Shown piece after piece: positions 49,411 to 59,381 of a stretch of DNA of 64,000 nt (position 1 is its first letter; every line of letters begins with the position of its first letter). The position numbers were made by a program, and so were the translations under genes. Below the pieces are notes generated by a model that searched no databases, was not told where the DNA came from, and saw nothing but the letters and a program-made list of their open reading frames with translations. This DNA comes from Chloroflexota bacterium (GTDB taxonomy: Bacteria > Chloroflexota > UBA11872 > VXOZ01): assembly GCA_964291655.2 (NCBI GenBank), contig OZ219802.1, positions 512,001 to 576,000 on the forward strand, in the 5' to 3' direction.

Positions 49411-51399
49411 TTATCCCTCCGCCTTGTGGTAGGTATGCGTCATCGCCGCCTCGGATTCAGCCACCCCAGAGAGCACGTCCACGTGGCGCTGGAGGCGCAT
49501 GCGTTCCTTGAGTGGAGCGTCCGGGTCGGCAAGCGCCTGGTAGACCACAGCGCCTTCGCAGGCGGCGGGCACAGGCAACTCCATGAGATAACAGACCGTA
49601 GGCACAAGGTCTTTCAGGCTGACGTTGCGCTCCAGCACGTGCCCTCTCTTTACACCCGGCCCGGAGAGCGCGAAGAGACCGCGCATATCGCCCATACCAT
49701 CGGTAGCGGATGGAAACTGCGGTCCGTGTTGGGAGCCGTATTCATCGGCGTAGCAGAACACCACGTCACCGGTAGAGTCGCCGTAGAGATCCAGCATGCG
49801 GGCGTTCTGTTTCTTGAATGCAAAGCCAATGGGCTTTAGCCCGGTCTTCGGGTCGGTATAGTCGTACAAGGCCTTGATGACCTCATTCTGCACGTCAACG
49901 TAGTCTTCCGGCTCGACGATGCCATCAGGGTCACGCCCCTTCAAGTTGACCCAGACGTACGATGATCCGCTGGCGGCCGCCCGAGTCTTGGACCAGTCCA
50001 CCTGCTTGCGTCCCGTATACATGGCAAAGTGCGCCACGGCATCGGGATCTTCCTCTTCAGCGAGCACGGTGAGTCCCGCGTCAATCAGGATCTGGCCGGG
50101 GTTGCACTTGTATCCATTCGCCTTCGCGCCGTGATCCGAGACGTAGGCGTAGAGCGTCCTCCGGGGCGCGGCGTCCGCTATGTCTGCAAAGGCCAGGTCC
50201 AGGCTCTCGTACATGCGAGCCTCAACTTCCTGCCAGTGTCTAAGGTTTGCAGGGTTGCGGTTGAGCGCCGGATCGACCTCGCTGGCAAAGAGATGATAAA
50301 AGTAGTCAGGCGTATGGATGTGAATGAAGAAGAGGTCCCAGGGCTTGTCATTCATCAGGTGCCTTGCAGCATCGGCAAACCACTGGTGGTGCATGTCGCA
50401 CAGCTCGATAAACGTATCGGCGTCGAACCAGCCCATACGGAACGTGCGCAACCCCAGGTACGGCGCAGGCAGCCCGCGGCATTGCCCATTCTCGAAGATC
50501 TCGCGGTCTAAGCCCTGCGGAAAGGTCCAGCCGTCGATTTGGCAGAGCGGCGTAACGAAGAGCGTTACCGTCTCGCCGTCTGCCGACAACTCAAGCAGCT
50601 TGATGCGGAAGATCGCCTCGGTCTTCCCCAACTCTTCGCTCGTGAATTCGCGAACGATGTAGTCCGACCACTCGCCTACCTTCAGCGAACACATGGCGGT
50701 TGCGCGGTCGCGGTCCTCGCAAATGTGCACCGTCGTATAGTCGCCCTGTGCATCCGGTTCCAAGAGCGCATGCCACGTAAGCGGTTCCATCGTGTACTTG
50801 GGGTACCGGAAGCGCCACTGTAACTCAGCCTCCAAGTATTCAACATCTGCCTCGTGCCCCTGCCAGCCTTCCGCAATTTCCACCTCCACCAGTGTGCCTT
50901 CCACATGGTCTTCGGTAGAGAAAAGGGCATCGCCGGAGAAGGTGTACGCGTGGTGAAACGTAGGATGATCGTGCCATTCGTTGACCGAGAGGCCGTACCC
51001 GGCGATCTGCCAACCGTCTTGCATACGCGCCGGCCAGGTAGAAGGCCAGTTTATGACGATAGACCGTTTTCCCACCTTCTCGGCTGCTTCCCACAGGTAC
51101 TCGGCTGTGTGCCACCGCGAGTCGAATGCCGCGTGGGTTGTACCAATCGGCTCCCCTTTCCAGTGGACGTTAAAATCGGTGAAGCCGGTGCGCCCAGCCG
51201 AAGCGCCGGTTGCTATGGTCGTCCAGTTTGGCGGCGTTATCGTGGGATACGGCACCAAGCAGTTATCCGCCCATGTGCCGCCTGCGACGAGCTTTTGCAT
51301 GAGCGGCATGCGGCCCGCCTGCATGAGGCGCTGCAAGGTAGGCAAAATTGGGCCGTCGATTCCAAAGACAACCAGTTTATCAGGGGGACGAAACGCCAT
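49411..51399 (-). CDS. alkaline phosphatase superfamily protein (type I phosphodiesterase/nucleotide pyrophosphatase-like)
   Basis: VFGIDG, PTITPPNWTTIATG nucleophile motif, PDYFYH, SDHG, DLVPT. Confidence 0.88.
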   Translation of the reverse strand: MAFRPPDKLVVFGIDGPILPTLQRLMQAGRMPLMQKLVAGGTWADNCLVPYPTITPPNWTTIATGASAGRTGFTDFNVHWKGEPIGTTHAAFDSRWHTAEYLWEAAEKVGKRSIVINWPSTWPARMQDGWQIAGYGLSVNEWHDHPTFHHAYTFSGDALFSTEDHVEGTLVEVEIAEGWQGHEADVEYLEAELQWRFRYPKYTMEPLTWHALLEPDAQGDYTTVHICEDRDRATAMCSLKVGEWSDYIVREFTSEELGKTEAIFRIKLLELSADGETVTLFVTPLCQIDGWTFPQGLDREIFENGQCRGLPAPYLGLRTFRMGWFDADTFIELCDMHHQWFADAARHLMNDKPWDLFFIHIHTPDYFYHLFASEVDPALNRNPANLRHWQEVEARMYESLDLAFADIADAAPRRTLYAYVSDHGAKANGYKCNPGQILIDAGLTVLAEEEDPDAVAHFAMYTGRKQVDWSKTRAAASGSSYVWVNLKGRDPDGIVEPEDYVDVQNEVIKALYDYTDPKTGLKPIGFAFKKQNARMLDLYGDSTGDVVFCYADEYGSQHGPQFPSATDGMGDMRGLFALSGPGVKRGHVLERNVSLKDLVPTVCYLMELPVPAACEGAVVYQALADPDAPLKERMRLQRHVDVLSGVAESEAAMTHTYHKAEG

Positions 51400-51680
51400 G
51401 AGACTCACTCCCTATGGTTGCAAAATCTTGTCTAGCCACATGTTCTTTTCACGTGGGCGCGCACGCTCAGTTCCTGGCTGATGAAAGGGACTGGTCCCGT
51501 CTCTCACTCAAGGGTATAACCAGAACCGCGCCCTGTGCCTAGCAGACGGAACAACGTACGTGAGAGGAGCACGCTCCCACCTGGACGATGCGCTGCCCGC
51601 CGCCCGCCTATGTGGAGGTCCGCTTGCCTGCCCGAGTTGATCCAGCCGCCGAACCCCTGCAAGAACCAAGTAAAGGCCGC

Positions 51681-52538
51681 TCAGTCCGCAGCAGTCGCCA
51701 CGGTACCGGCAGCAGCGGCGTAGTACGGGAGGGCGCTCTCTCCGGCGGCTGCGGCCAGGCCGTTCCAGGCGCGGAAGAGCTGCGCATACATGAGGAAGTA
51801 GTCCTCATGTGTCGGTTCGGTTTTGCCAATCTCTGAGGAAAGGTATCCATCATAGCCGTCGCGCTGGAGCAGCCCAAAGAGTTCAGCATACGGAAAGCCA
51901 TTCACAAAGTCGTGCATGTGCACGTGGCCTATATGATGTGCTACACGGTTGTAGGTAGACGCCACAGAGCCGCCCACGAGGTCGCGGTTGTCGCAGTTAT
52001 AGAGAATCCCCACTTGCGGATGGTCGGCGTGCTCTACTGCGGTCATGGCGAAGTGCCAGAAGTTGAATTGTCCGTGCATCTCCAGCATCACATTGACGCC
52101 GTGCGGTTCTGCAAACTCGCCCAGCTCACGGAGGGAGTCGCCGACATAGCGCATCACGTCTTCGCGCGGCGGCGGCGGGCCTCCATCCACGCCCTCCTTG
52201 GGCATGTCGTTGCCAAAAACCCGAATCTGGCCTGCATCTAGATCGGCCGCGAGCTCGATGTAGCGCTTGCTGCGCTCGACTACTTCCCGCCGCTTCGTAG
52301 CGTCCGGTGTGTCGAAACGCGAACTGGTACTGATACCGGCTACTTCCAGGCACGCATCCTGCACCTGGTAACGTATCGCCTGGCGTTCCTCCGCGCTCGT
52401 TTCCAATTCCACACCGTGTTTATGCCCGGCCTCCGCGCGCAGTTCCAGCCCGCTGAAGCCCCCCAAACGCGCTACCTTGATGAGTTCCGAAAGCTCCCAA
52501 TGACGCGCCATGTTGTAAGTCAAGAGACAAAGTTTCAT
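51681..52538 (-). CDS. sugar phosphate isomerase/epimerase (AP endonuclease 2 TIM barrel)
   Basis: GLELR, IRVFG, LEMHG, HVHMHD, GYDGYLSSE. Confidence 0.88.
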   Translation of the reverse strand: MKLCLLTYNMARHWELSELIKVARLGGFSGLELRAEAGHKHGVELETSAEERQAIRYQVQDACLEVAGISTSSRFDTPDATKRREVVERSKRYIELAADLDAGQIRVFGNDMPKEGVDGGPPPPREDVMRYVGDSLRELGEFAEPHGVNVMLEMHGQFNFWHFAMTAVEHADHPQVGILYNCDNRDLVGGSVASTYNRVAHHIGHVHMHDFVNGFPYAELFGLLQRDGYDGYLSSEIGKTEPTHEDYFLMYAQLFRAWNGLAAAAGESALPYYAAAAGTVATAAD

Positions 52539-52576
52539 CGGCTTGCTCCAAAGTATGTGTAGAGTTTTCCTTTGGC

Positions 52577-52605
52577 ACGATAGCGCGCCAAGGGTGAGCC
52601 GTCAA
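52577..52605 (-). promoter_or_regulatory. putative sigma70 promoter
   Basis: Minus strand TTGACG-17 bp-TATCGT, about 40 bp upstream of 52538. Confidence 0.5.
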
Positions 52606-52821
52606 CATTAGCTATCGATTGACAGGCATGGAATTGAGATTGGAACACCGTTCGTTTCCGCGTTACCACACTCATAGAAGGCGCTGCGCCGACGGTCCCG
52701 TGCTTGCGGCCTCGTCCAGATTAAAGGCTCAAGACCTGGAGAAACCCAGCTAGGCGGTTCTCAATTCCACTAGGGTGAAGTATGATGAAGCTAGATTGAG
52801 AGCGGACCGGAGTGTGCTGCA

Positions 52822-54099
52822 ATGCAAGAGCCTGGCAGGCCGGTACGAATTAGGGTAATCCCCCGCCCTCCACGGAGGCGCAGGAGGCCTTCCAGGTTGC
52901 CTCTTGCCGCCTTGCTCATTGTGCTCGGCGTGCTGATTGGGACCTTCGCCGCTTCCGCAAGCGGTGGGTGGTTTTTCACCTCATTTGAGCGAGACACCCC
53001 GCAGTTTCAGACGACGAGCCTGCAATCCGGGCAACAGCGCCAACCGGTACCGCAACCGGCCGAGCCTCCCCTAGATTCCTCAAGCAGCAACCAAGCGGGC
53101 GCCGCGCCAACGAAGCCAATCGCCATCGCTTCGGAACCTGAATCCCCTTCGCCTTTGGCTTCGGCTCCACTGCCAAGCTTCACACTCTTGCAGGGCGTAC
53201 GGCACGAGTATCAGGGGTGGAACAACTGCGCGCCAAGCTCTTTAGGCATGGTACTAAGCTACTACGGCCGCACGGAAGCGCAGGCGGACGTCGTTCCCTT
53301 CCTCAAGTCCGATCCCAATGACAAGAACGTCAGCCCGCATGAGTTCACAGCCTACGTCGAGAACATTGGCTTTCAGGCGCACGTCGGCGTGGGAGGCGAT
53401 CTAAACCTCTTGAAACGACTTTTGTCCGCTGGCTTCCCCGTCATTGTCGAGTTCTGGTTTGAACCGGAGCCAAATGATGGCATGGGTCATTACCGCGTGC
53501 TCTACGGCTACGATGATCAGTCGAAAGTGTTCCACGCTCACGACTCCTACGTGGGACCAAGTGTCACGGTATCCTACACAGATCTTGACTTAGAATGGCA
53601 GGTCTTCAATCGCACCTATGTGGTCATCTACCCTTCAGAGAGCCAAGCTGCTGTGGAGTCGGTCCTCACCGAGAGTAACAGAGGCAGGCAAATGTGGGAG
53701 CGGGCGCTGCACGTCGCCCAGCAGGAGCTTTCCCAAGACGAAAACAACGCTTTCGCCTGGTTCAATCTGGGTACGAACGCGCTCCAACTCGGCGACACCC
53801 ACCTGGCGGCCCAAGCCTTCGATTGGGCACGGCACTTAGGCCTGCCTTGGCGCATGATGTGGTATCAGTTCGGCCCGTTTGAAGCCTATTGGGTGCAAGG
53901 GCGATACGACGACGTGATTGCACTTGCTAATTCCCACTTAGGGGAGTCTTCCTCGGAGGAGTGGCACTATTGGCGAGGGCGCGCGCGGGAAATGACCGGA
54001 GATCTCGCGGGGGCGCGCAGCGACTTCATTGCGGCCATCGAACTGAATGCAAACTTTCTTGCCGCCAGAGAGGCTTTGGAAAAGAGCCAAGCCGCCTAG
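52822..54099 (+). CDS. C39-like peptidase with C-terminal TPR repeats, membrane-anchored
   Basis: YQGWNNCAP (Cys), GHYRVLYGYD (His), HDSY; TPR-like AFAWFNLG, PWRMMWYQFGP. Confidence 0.85.
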   Translation: MQEPGRPVRIRVIPRPPRRRRRPSRLPLAALLIVLGVLIGTFAASASGGWFFTSFERDTPQFQTTSLQSGQQRQPVPQPAEPPLDSSSSNQAGAAPTKPIAIASEPESPSPLASAPLPSFTLLQGVRHEYQGWNNCAPSSLGMVLSYYGRTEAQADVVPFLKSDPNDKNVSPHEFTAYVENIGFQAHVGVGGDLNLLKRLLSAGFPVIVEFWFEPEPNDGMGHYRVLYGYDDQSKVFHAHDSYVGPSVTVSYTDLDLEWQVFNRTYVVIYPSESQAAVESVLTESNRGRQMWERALHVAQQELSQDENNAFAWFNLGTNALQLGDTHLAAQAFDWARHLGLPWRMMWYQFGPFEAYWVQGRYDDVIALANSHLGESSSEEWHYWRGRAREMTGDLAGARSDFIAAIELNANFLAAREALEKSQAA

Positions 54100-54137
54100 G
54101 AGAGCGCTATACGCGACAAAGCGAGGCGGGAAAGGGG

Positions 54138-54929
54138 CTAGTAGTGTATGTCCTTACCCATTGCCTTTACGCCCAATGAAAACTGGTCGATGGCGTCGCT
54201 AAGCATCCTGCGGGCCTCGCGATCGGAGGCAGCGCGCGCCACAAAATCGACAGGCATGTGCGTATCGGTGCGCAAGGCGACGTAGGCCTTGGCGTAGAGT
54301 CCGGGCAACTGCTCCATTGCGACTTCGATCAGTGGTGATACTTCGGATTCGCTCATGTTCACGAAGACGCGCCGGGCGGCGCTTCTAATCTCAAGCGATT
54401 CCGAAATGGCAGTCGCGACGTACCGGTCGAAGAGTGCTTCCATCTCGCGTGGGGGACCCGGCAAAACAAAGTAGGTAGTCTTCGCCTTCTTGACCTGAAT
54501 GCACGGCGCCCAGCCTGCGGGACTCGCCCACACCACCGCGCTTTCCGGCACGGTTGCCATCTTGCGCAGCCCATCGCTCAGTTCATCCTCGCCAATTTGC
54601 CGTCGGCGCATGTAGTCTTCCAGTAGACTACGGTCTTGGTAGGTGCCCTCGTTGAGCAGTTTGGCAAAAGCTTCAACCGTGAGGTCATCCGGCGTCGGTC
54701 CGAGCCCGCCGGTAACCACCACGAACTCTGTGCCGTCGTCGGCCGCTCCCTGCAGCACCGGGATCACCTCATCGAAGGTATCCGGAATCACCGTGATGCG
54801 CCGCACCTCCGCGCCCAACTCTGAAAGCTGCTGCGAGAGCCAGAACGAGTTGGTGTCCTGAATCCGACCCAGCACGAGTTCGGTGCCGACTGCAACAATT
54901 TGCACGGTAGGTACTTTAGGCTCTGCCAC
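54138..54929 (-). CDS. CinA-like molybdopterin-binding domain protein
   Basis: AVGTELVLGRIQDTNS, TGGLGPTPDDLT, LPGPPREM; lacks the C-terminal PncC domain. Confidence 0.88.
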   Translation of the reverse strand: MAEPKVPTVQIVAVGTELVLGRIQDTNSFWLSQQLSELGAEVRRITVIPDTFDEVIPVLQGAADDGTEFVVVTGGLGPTPDDLTVEAFAKLLNEGTYQDRSLLEDYMRRRQIGEDELSDGLRKMATVPESAVVWASPAGWAPCIQVKKAKTTYFVLPGPPREMEALFDRYVATAISESLEIRSAARRVFVNMSESEVSPLIEVAMEQLPGLYAKAYVALRTDTHMPVDFVARAASDREARRMLSDAIDQFSLGVKAMGKDIHY

Positions 54930-54945
54930 GATTCACACACTCCCA

Positions 54946-56715
54946 TTAGGAAAAGAAAGGAATTCGCCAACCTTCCAAGGGCCCACGCACGTTCAGGACG
55001 TTCTTCTTTGTCTTGATATACCAACTGCCAATCTCGGAGAGGCGGGAGTCAACAGTTGGTAGGACTGTCGGAACCGTTACGCCGCGCACCGTCGTCCTGA
55101 CCGCGAAACTGTAGCGCGGGCTCAGTAGCATCAGACTGGGAACTTCCTCCGCAAATGCCCGTTGAAAGTCTACGTACATCCGTTTTCGTTCATTCTGGTC
55201 CAAGGTATTGCGGGCATTCTGCAGCGCCTCATCGACTCGGGGGTCAATGAAGCCGGAGAAATTCCAACCTTCAATCTGGCTGGAATGCCAGGTCAGGTAA
55301 GGATCGGGTTCTAAGCCGTTCAGCAACCACGTGTACAACGCAATGTCGAATTCATGGGTGAGCAAGAAGTCATTGAGCAGTCCGGAGGGCCCGGCAACTT
55401 GTATGTCCACCTCAAACCCGACTTGTCGCAACTGTTCAGAAATGGCTTCCGCGAGTTCAACGTGGCCTGGCAAGTCCGTGGCAAGCAAGGTAAGAGCGAG
55501 GCGCCCCTCGCCTTTTATTCGAACACCGTCCGGGCCCACGATCCAGCCCGTCTCCTCCAGTAGATACTTGCTGCGAGCTGGGTCGTACGGATAGCGTACA
55601 ACATCGGCGGAGTGTACTTGGGAAACCGGCAAAATCGGTCCTTCAAGCGGGTCTGCTATGCCACCTTGCACCTCTTCGGCCAGATATTCACGGTCTATGG
55701 CATGGGCGATGGCGTGTCGCACTCTGCGATCGAAAAACGGAGGACGACGCAAGTTGAAGTAGAGAACTGTATAGCCTGCCAACGACGCGCTGTACGTCTC
55801 TACATCCGCAATCTCTCTCACCCTGTCTATTTCCGCAGGCGGCAAGTAGCTCACGCCTTCCACTTCGCCGCGCTCAAGGGCTGTTATGGTAGCGCCCGCG
55901 TTTGGGTAGAATTTGAATTTTAGGAAGCGGATGCGGGGTAACTCGCCGAAATAGTCCTCATTTGCCCTGAGCAGCGCGAACTCTTCAGTCACCTCTTCAA
56001 CACGGTAAGGCCCTGTACCCACTGGCGCCAGGTTGAAGGGAGTGAGCAAGATTTGATCGGCGCTTACGCCCTCCAAGAGATGTTGCGGGAGAATCCCAAT
56101 CATCGCATATTCGAGCAGCGGAACGTACACATTATTCAGCAAGAAGATGCGTACGCTGCGGTTACCCTCACGTTCTGCCCGTACGTTGCTCCAAACCGGG
56201 TCATTGCGTGTGGGGCTCGTCAACAAGGCGTATGTAAAAAGCACATCGTCCACCGTGAACAGCGTGCCATCATGCCACCTGACACCCTCCCGGAGATGAA
56301 ATACGTAGGAACGACTCTGAGGGTCAATCTCCCATCGCGTCGCTAAGTCAGGCACTATCGTTCCGTCAGCAGCAAATCGCGTAAGGCCGTTGAAGATCAG
56401 TCCCGAGAGAGTGCGCGCCGTCTGGTCATTAGCGAGCATCGGCACCAGCGATGCAGGGGGGCCCAGCGTTCCCTCGATGTACGTGCCACCATAATCCGGA
56501 ACGTCTACGACGGTAGCAGCATACGCGAAGTATGCCAGCAGCGCCGCCGCCAACAGCGCGCCAATGCCGCCAACAATCACTATCCCGGATACGCGAGAGG
56601 AAGTGGGGGATTGCGTCGTAGACGGCGCCTGCGTCGAAGACGGCGACTGCATCGATGTCGACGATTGCGACGAGTTCGACGATTGCGACGAGTTCGACGC
56701 CAACCGATCTGTCAT
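54946..56715 (-). CDS. peptide ABC transporter substrate-binding protein (SBP family 5)
   Basis: IFNGL, PDLATRW, LREGVRWHDG, DDVLFT, PVGTGPY, VRHAIAHAIDR; N-terminal TM anchor. Confidence 0.92.
   Translation of the reverse strand: MTDRLASNSSQSSNSSQSSTSMQSPSSTQAPSTTQSPTSSRVSGIVIVGGIGALLAAALLAYFAYAATVVDVPDYGGTYIEGTLGPPASLVPMLANDQTARTLSGLIFNGLTRFAADGTIVPDLATRWEIDPQSRSYVFHLREGVRWHDGTLFTVDDVLFTYALLTSPTRNDPVWSNVRAEREGNRSVRIFLLNNVYVPLLEYAMIGILPQHLLEGVSADQILLTPFNLAPVGTGPYRVEEVTEEFALLRANEDYFGELPRIRFLKFKFYPNAGATITALERGEVEGVSYLPPAEIDRVREIADVETYSASLAGYTVLYFNLRRPPFFDRRVRHAIAHAIDREYLAEEVQGGIADPLEGPILPVSQVHSADVVRYPYDPARSKYLLEETGWIVGPDGVRIKGEGRLALTLLATDLPGHVELAEAISEQLRQVGFEVDIQVAGPSGLLNDFLLTHEFDIALYTWLLNGLEPDPYLTWHSSQIEGWNFSGFIDPRVDEALQNARNTLDQNERKRMYVDFQRAFAEEVPSLMLLSPRYSFAVRTTVRGVTVPTVLPTVDSRLSEIGSWYIKTKKNVLNVRGPLEGWRIPFFS
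56608..56697 (-). repeat. five 18-bp in-frame tandem repeats (Ser/Thr/Gln-rich hexapeptides)
   Basis: Two identical TCGAACTCGTCGCAATCG units plus three diverged units at the SBP N-terminus. Confidence 0.8.
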
Positions 56716-56734
56716 ACTCTACCCCTGCGGCGCT

Positions 56735-56950
56735 CTAAATGCGCACAAGGACAACGGATACGATGATGAAGAGCGTCGCGATCCCGATCGTGACATTGAA
56801 GAGTAAACGATCGACACCGCGCCGGGTGTTATGAATGGTGTCCGATCCGCCAAATGCCGAGCCCAGTGCAGCACCTCGCGCTTGCAAGAGCACCGCGGCA
56901 ACGAGCGCGACCGACAGAATTATCTGGATTACTTGCAGGTACTGTTGCAC
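56735..56950 (-). CDS. secG: preprotein translocase subunit SecG
   Basis: VLLQARGAALGSAFGG...TRRGVDRLLF; AAGGAG RBS. Confidence 0.93.
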   Translation of the reverse strand: MQQYLQVIQIILSVALVAAVLLQARGAALGSAFGGSDTIHNTRRGVDRLLFNVTIGIATLFIIVSVVLVRI

Positions 56951-58776
56951 TGTGTGGCGTTCTCCTTAATGTTCCTACCTGTCCCTCTGACGAATCTGTC
57001 TAAAGCATTGACCTGCAGTTGCGCGCGCGTCCTACCGACCTTGAACTTTACCGACCGAACCGACGCCACGCCTGCTTTCGAGGTTCCTTTGCTAAGTGTA
57101 TTGCTGGCTACATTATACCAACTTCCGCGCAGCAGTAGAGACCTATCCTTGCCGCACTTCCTCCAATGGAGACCTTTGCAAGACCCCACTTTCAAGCAGG
57201 GGCACTCCCTCTCCTGGGGAGGCTGTCTCAATATTTTGGTGCGGGGCACGGTGAATGGGGTGAGAAGGACAGACAGATGGCGGGTGGTATGAACAAGACG
57301 GTGCCAGTGAGAGACTCGTCCCCGGGGCGACGCTGGACTACACCCAGACCGCCACAGGGCGTGGAGGCTCTTGAGATTGAACGCGGTGGCCAGCAGGTGC
57401 CATTCGGACGTCACGTGGCTGCGGCCTCTGAGCAGGAAGCGCCTGGCACTGTGCCACTCCTTGAGCAGGCCAAAGACCGGCTCGACGATGGTACTCCGGC
57501 GGCGGTACACCTGCTTGGCAGGCGCGGTGGCCATCAACTGCCTGTGCCGTTGCAGTATTGGCTCGTAGGCGCTGATCTTTATGGAGCGGCCCCTCTGGGA
57601 GGAGGTGCAGACGCCGAAGGCCGGACAGGTTCTGCAGTCCCGGCCGTTGGCTTGGTACCGCTTGACCCGGTAGCCGTTGCTGTGGGTCAAGCGGTGCGTG
57701 TAGGTGAGCACCTTTTGCTGGGGACACAGGTAGGTGTCGGTCTCTGGACGGTAGGTGAAGTGGTCTTTATGGTAGGGGTTGCGGCGTCTGCGCTCGTGGG
57801 TCGTGGGCATCAATACCGTGTGGCCGCCGGCGTGGCACGTGGCGAGGTTGGCCCCCGAATGGTAGCCGGCGTCCGCAACGGTCACCACGTCCCGCGCGGC
57901 GTCGATGTTCTCCTGCGCCGCCTCGATCAGCGGCGCCAGGTGGGGATGGTCGTCGGCACTGGCGCTCACGTCCACGGCTGTGATCAACCTCCCCCCTGCG
58001 CCCTCGTCCGGGGACGCAAGAGGGGAGACCAGCGCCTGGGCGTTGTAGCCGGTGATGAAGCCACCCATGCCAGTCTTGAGCAGGGCCGCGTCCGCATCAG
58101 TCAGGTTCGTGTAGCGCGGCCCGTCCTCAGCCGCGACGCGGGCGAGCGCGTCGTCCACCCGCCGCCGCAGGGCCTGGGCATCGGCAAGTTCCTGCGGCAA
58201 AGTCGCTGGCGGCGCGTCGCCCCCCGTGGCGTTCTGCGCCTCCAGGTCCGCGATCGCTTGCTCGGTGCGGGACAACAGCCGCTGCAGCCCCTGCGCGTCG
58301 TGGGTATGCCGCGTCCCGGCGTTGGCCGCGATCCTGGTGCCGTCCACCGCCTGGATTGCCAACTCCACCAGGCCGGCTCGCACCGCCGTGCGCACCGTGC
58401 GCTTGAGCAGCGTCCGCATCCGGTCGCGGTGCGCCTTGTAGAAGCGCCACAGCGTGTTGTGGTCCGGCTGCTGCATCCCCACCAGCCACAGGTACGGTAC
58501 CTGATCCCGGCAGGCTGCCTCCAGCTTGCGGCTCGAGCGCACGCCGGTCATGAAGCCGTAGACCCATACGCCCAGCAGCGCGCGCGGATGGTAGGCCCCG
58601 GCGCCACGCGGATCGCCTTGCAGGTCAATCTCCATCGCCTCCCAGGCCGCAGCATCGAGGCTGTCCACGAACGCTGCCGCAAACCTGACAGGATGGTCGT
58701 CCGGGATCAGTTCGTCCAGCGTCGGCGGCAACAGCCAGGCCTGTTCACGACTAAACGGTCTCAACGGCATCGTCAC
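56929..58776 (-). CDS. IS1182 family transposase (ORF reads through the element end)
   Basis: LLPPTLDELIPDDHPVR, GVRSSRKLE, PDHNTL, AVDGT, GYNAQ, ADAGY, VEPVFG..K, AFNLK. Confidence 0.93.
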   Translation of the reverse strand: MTMPLRPFSREQAWLLPPTLDELIPDDHPVRFAAAFVDSLDAAAWEAMEIDLQGDPRGAGAYHPRALLGVWVYGFMTGVRSSRKLEAACRDQVPYLWLVGMQQPDHNTLWRFYKAHRDRMRTLLKRTVRTAVRAGLVELAIQAVDGTRIAANAGTRHTHDAQGLQRLLSRTEQAIADLEAQNATGGDAPPATLPQELADAQALRRRVDDALARVAAEDGPRYTNLTDADAALLKTGMGGFITGYNAQALVSPLASPDEGAGGRLITAVDVSASADDHPHLAPLIEAAQENIDAARDVVTVADAGYHSGANLATCHAGGHTVLMPTTHERRRRNPYHKDHFTYRPETDTYLCPQQKVLTYTHRLTHSNGYRVKRYQANGRDCRTCPAFGVCTSSQRGRSIKISAYEPILQRHRQLMATAPAKQVYRRRSTIVEPVFGLLKEWHSARRFLLRGRSHVTSEWHLLATAFNLKSLHALWRSGCSPASPRGRVSHWHRLVHTTRHLSVLLTPFTVPRTKILRQPPQERECPCLKVGSCKGLHWRKCGKDRSLLLRGSWYNVASNTLSKGTSKAGVASVRSVKFKVGRTRAQLQVNALDRFVRGTGRNIKENATQCNSTCK

Positions 58777-59052
58777 TACCTCTCTACAAACTATCCCACC
58801 ACCTCACCTTGCTTCTCTTCACACCAGTATATATCCAGTAGATCTATTTTTGAGACACCCTCTGGGGGAGAGGGTTGGGGTGAGGGGGTCTTTTTGCTAC
58901 GATGGCCCTTTACGCTGGGCAGTGTCAAGACGTATCAGGGCAGGTTTGGTGTGCAAATGGAGAGATTTCAGAAGATTCACCCTCACCCTAACCCTCTCCC
59001 ATCGAGGGAGAGGGGACATCCGCGCTGTGGCGAGGGTTATGCAAAGGTCTCC
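57168..59052 (+). mobile_element. IS5-type MITE (237-bp core) interrupted by IS1182
   Basis: GGAGACCTTTGCA...TGCAAAGGTCTCC, AAT TSD; core closely similar to 61278..61538. Confidence 0.88.
57219..58862 (-). mobile_element. IS1182 family insertion sequence (complete)
   Basis: IRs GAGGCTGTCTCAA / TTGAGACACCCTC, 4-bp TSD TGGG, higher GC than flanks. Confidence 0.92.
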
Positions 59053-59381
59053 AATGGGTATGTTCAAGCTAGCGGAGCCTCTGCGTGCGCCAACTCTATT
59101 CTCATTTGGAAGCAGAGCGACCGCTCCGGAATTCATACTCCGGTCTATACCAGTTTGTCAGCACTCATCATACCCGCGCAGGTTCTTCTTCGTCATCTAG
59201 ACACCGCAATCCTCGCACGCATACCATCTGAAATTGTACGGCGCAGGATGAGCCGCTATGCTAGAACAAGAAACTTGAAACGTCGCGGCTTGCTTTAGTA
59301 CCAAGTCAATAGAAAAACGAGGGTTGGGCATTGCGAAAGGCCGTAACGGACCTGCCCGGAAGCTTGCGAGGAGACTGAATC

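Noticed and set aside
57166-59298. 710-aa plus-strand ORF
   Set aside because: Antisense shadow of the GC-rich IS1182 transposase, crossing element boundaries, with no recognisable motifs.
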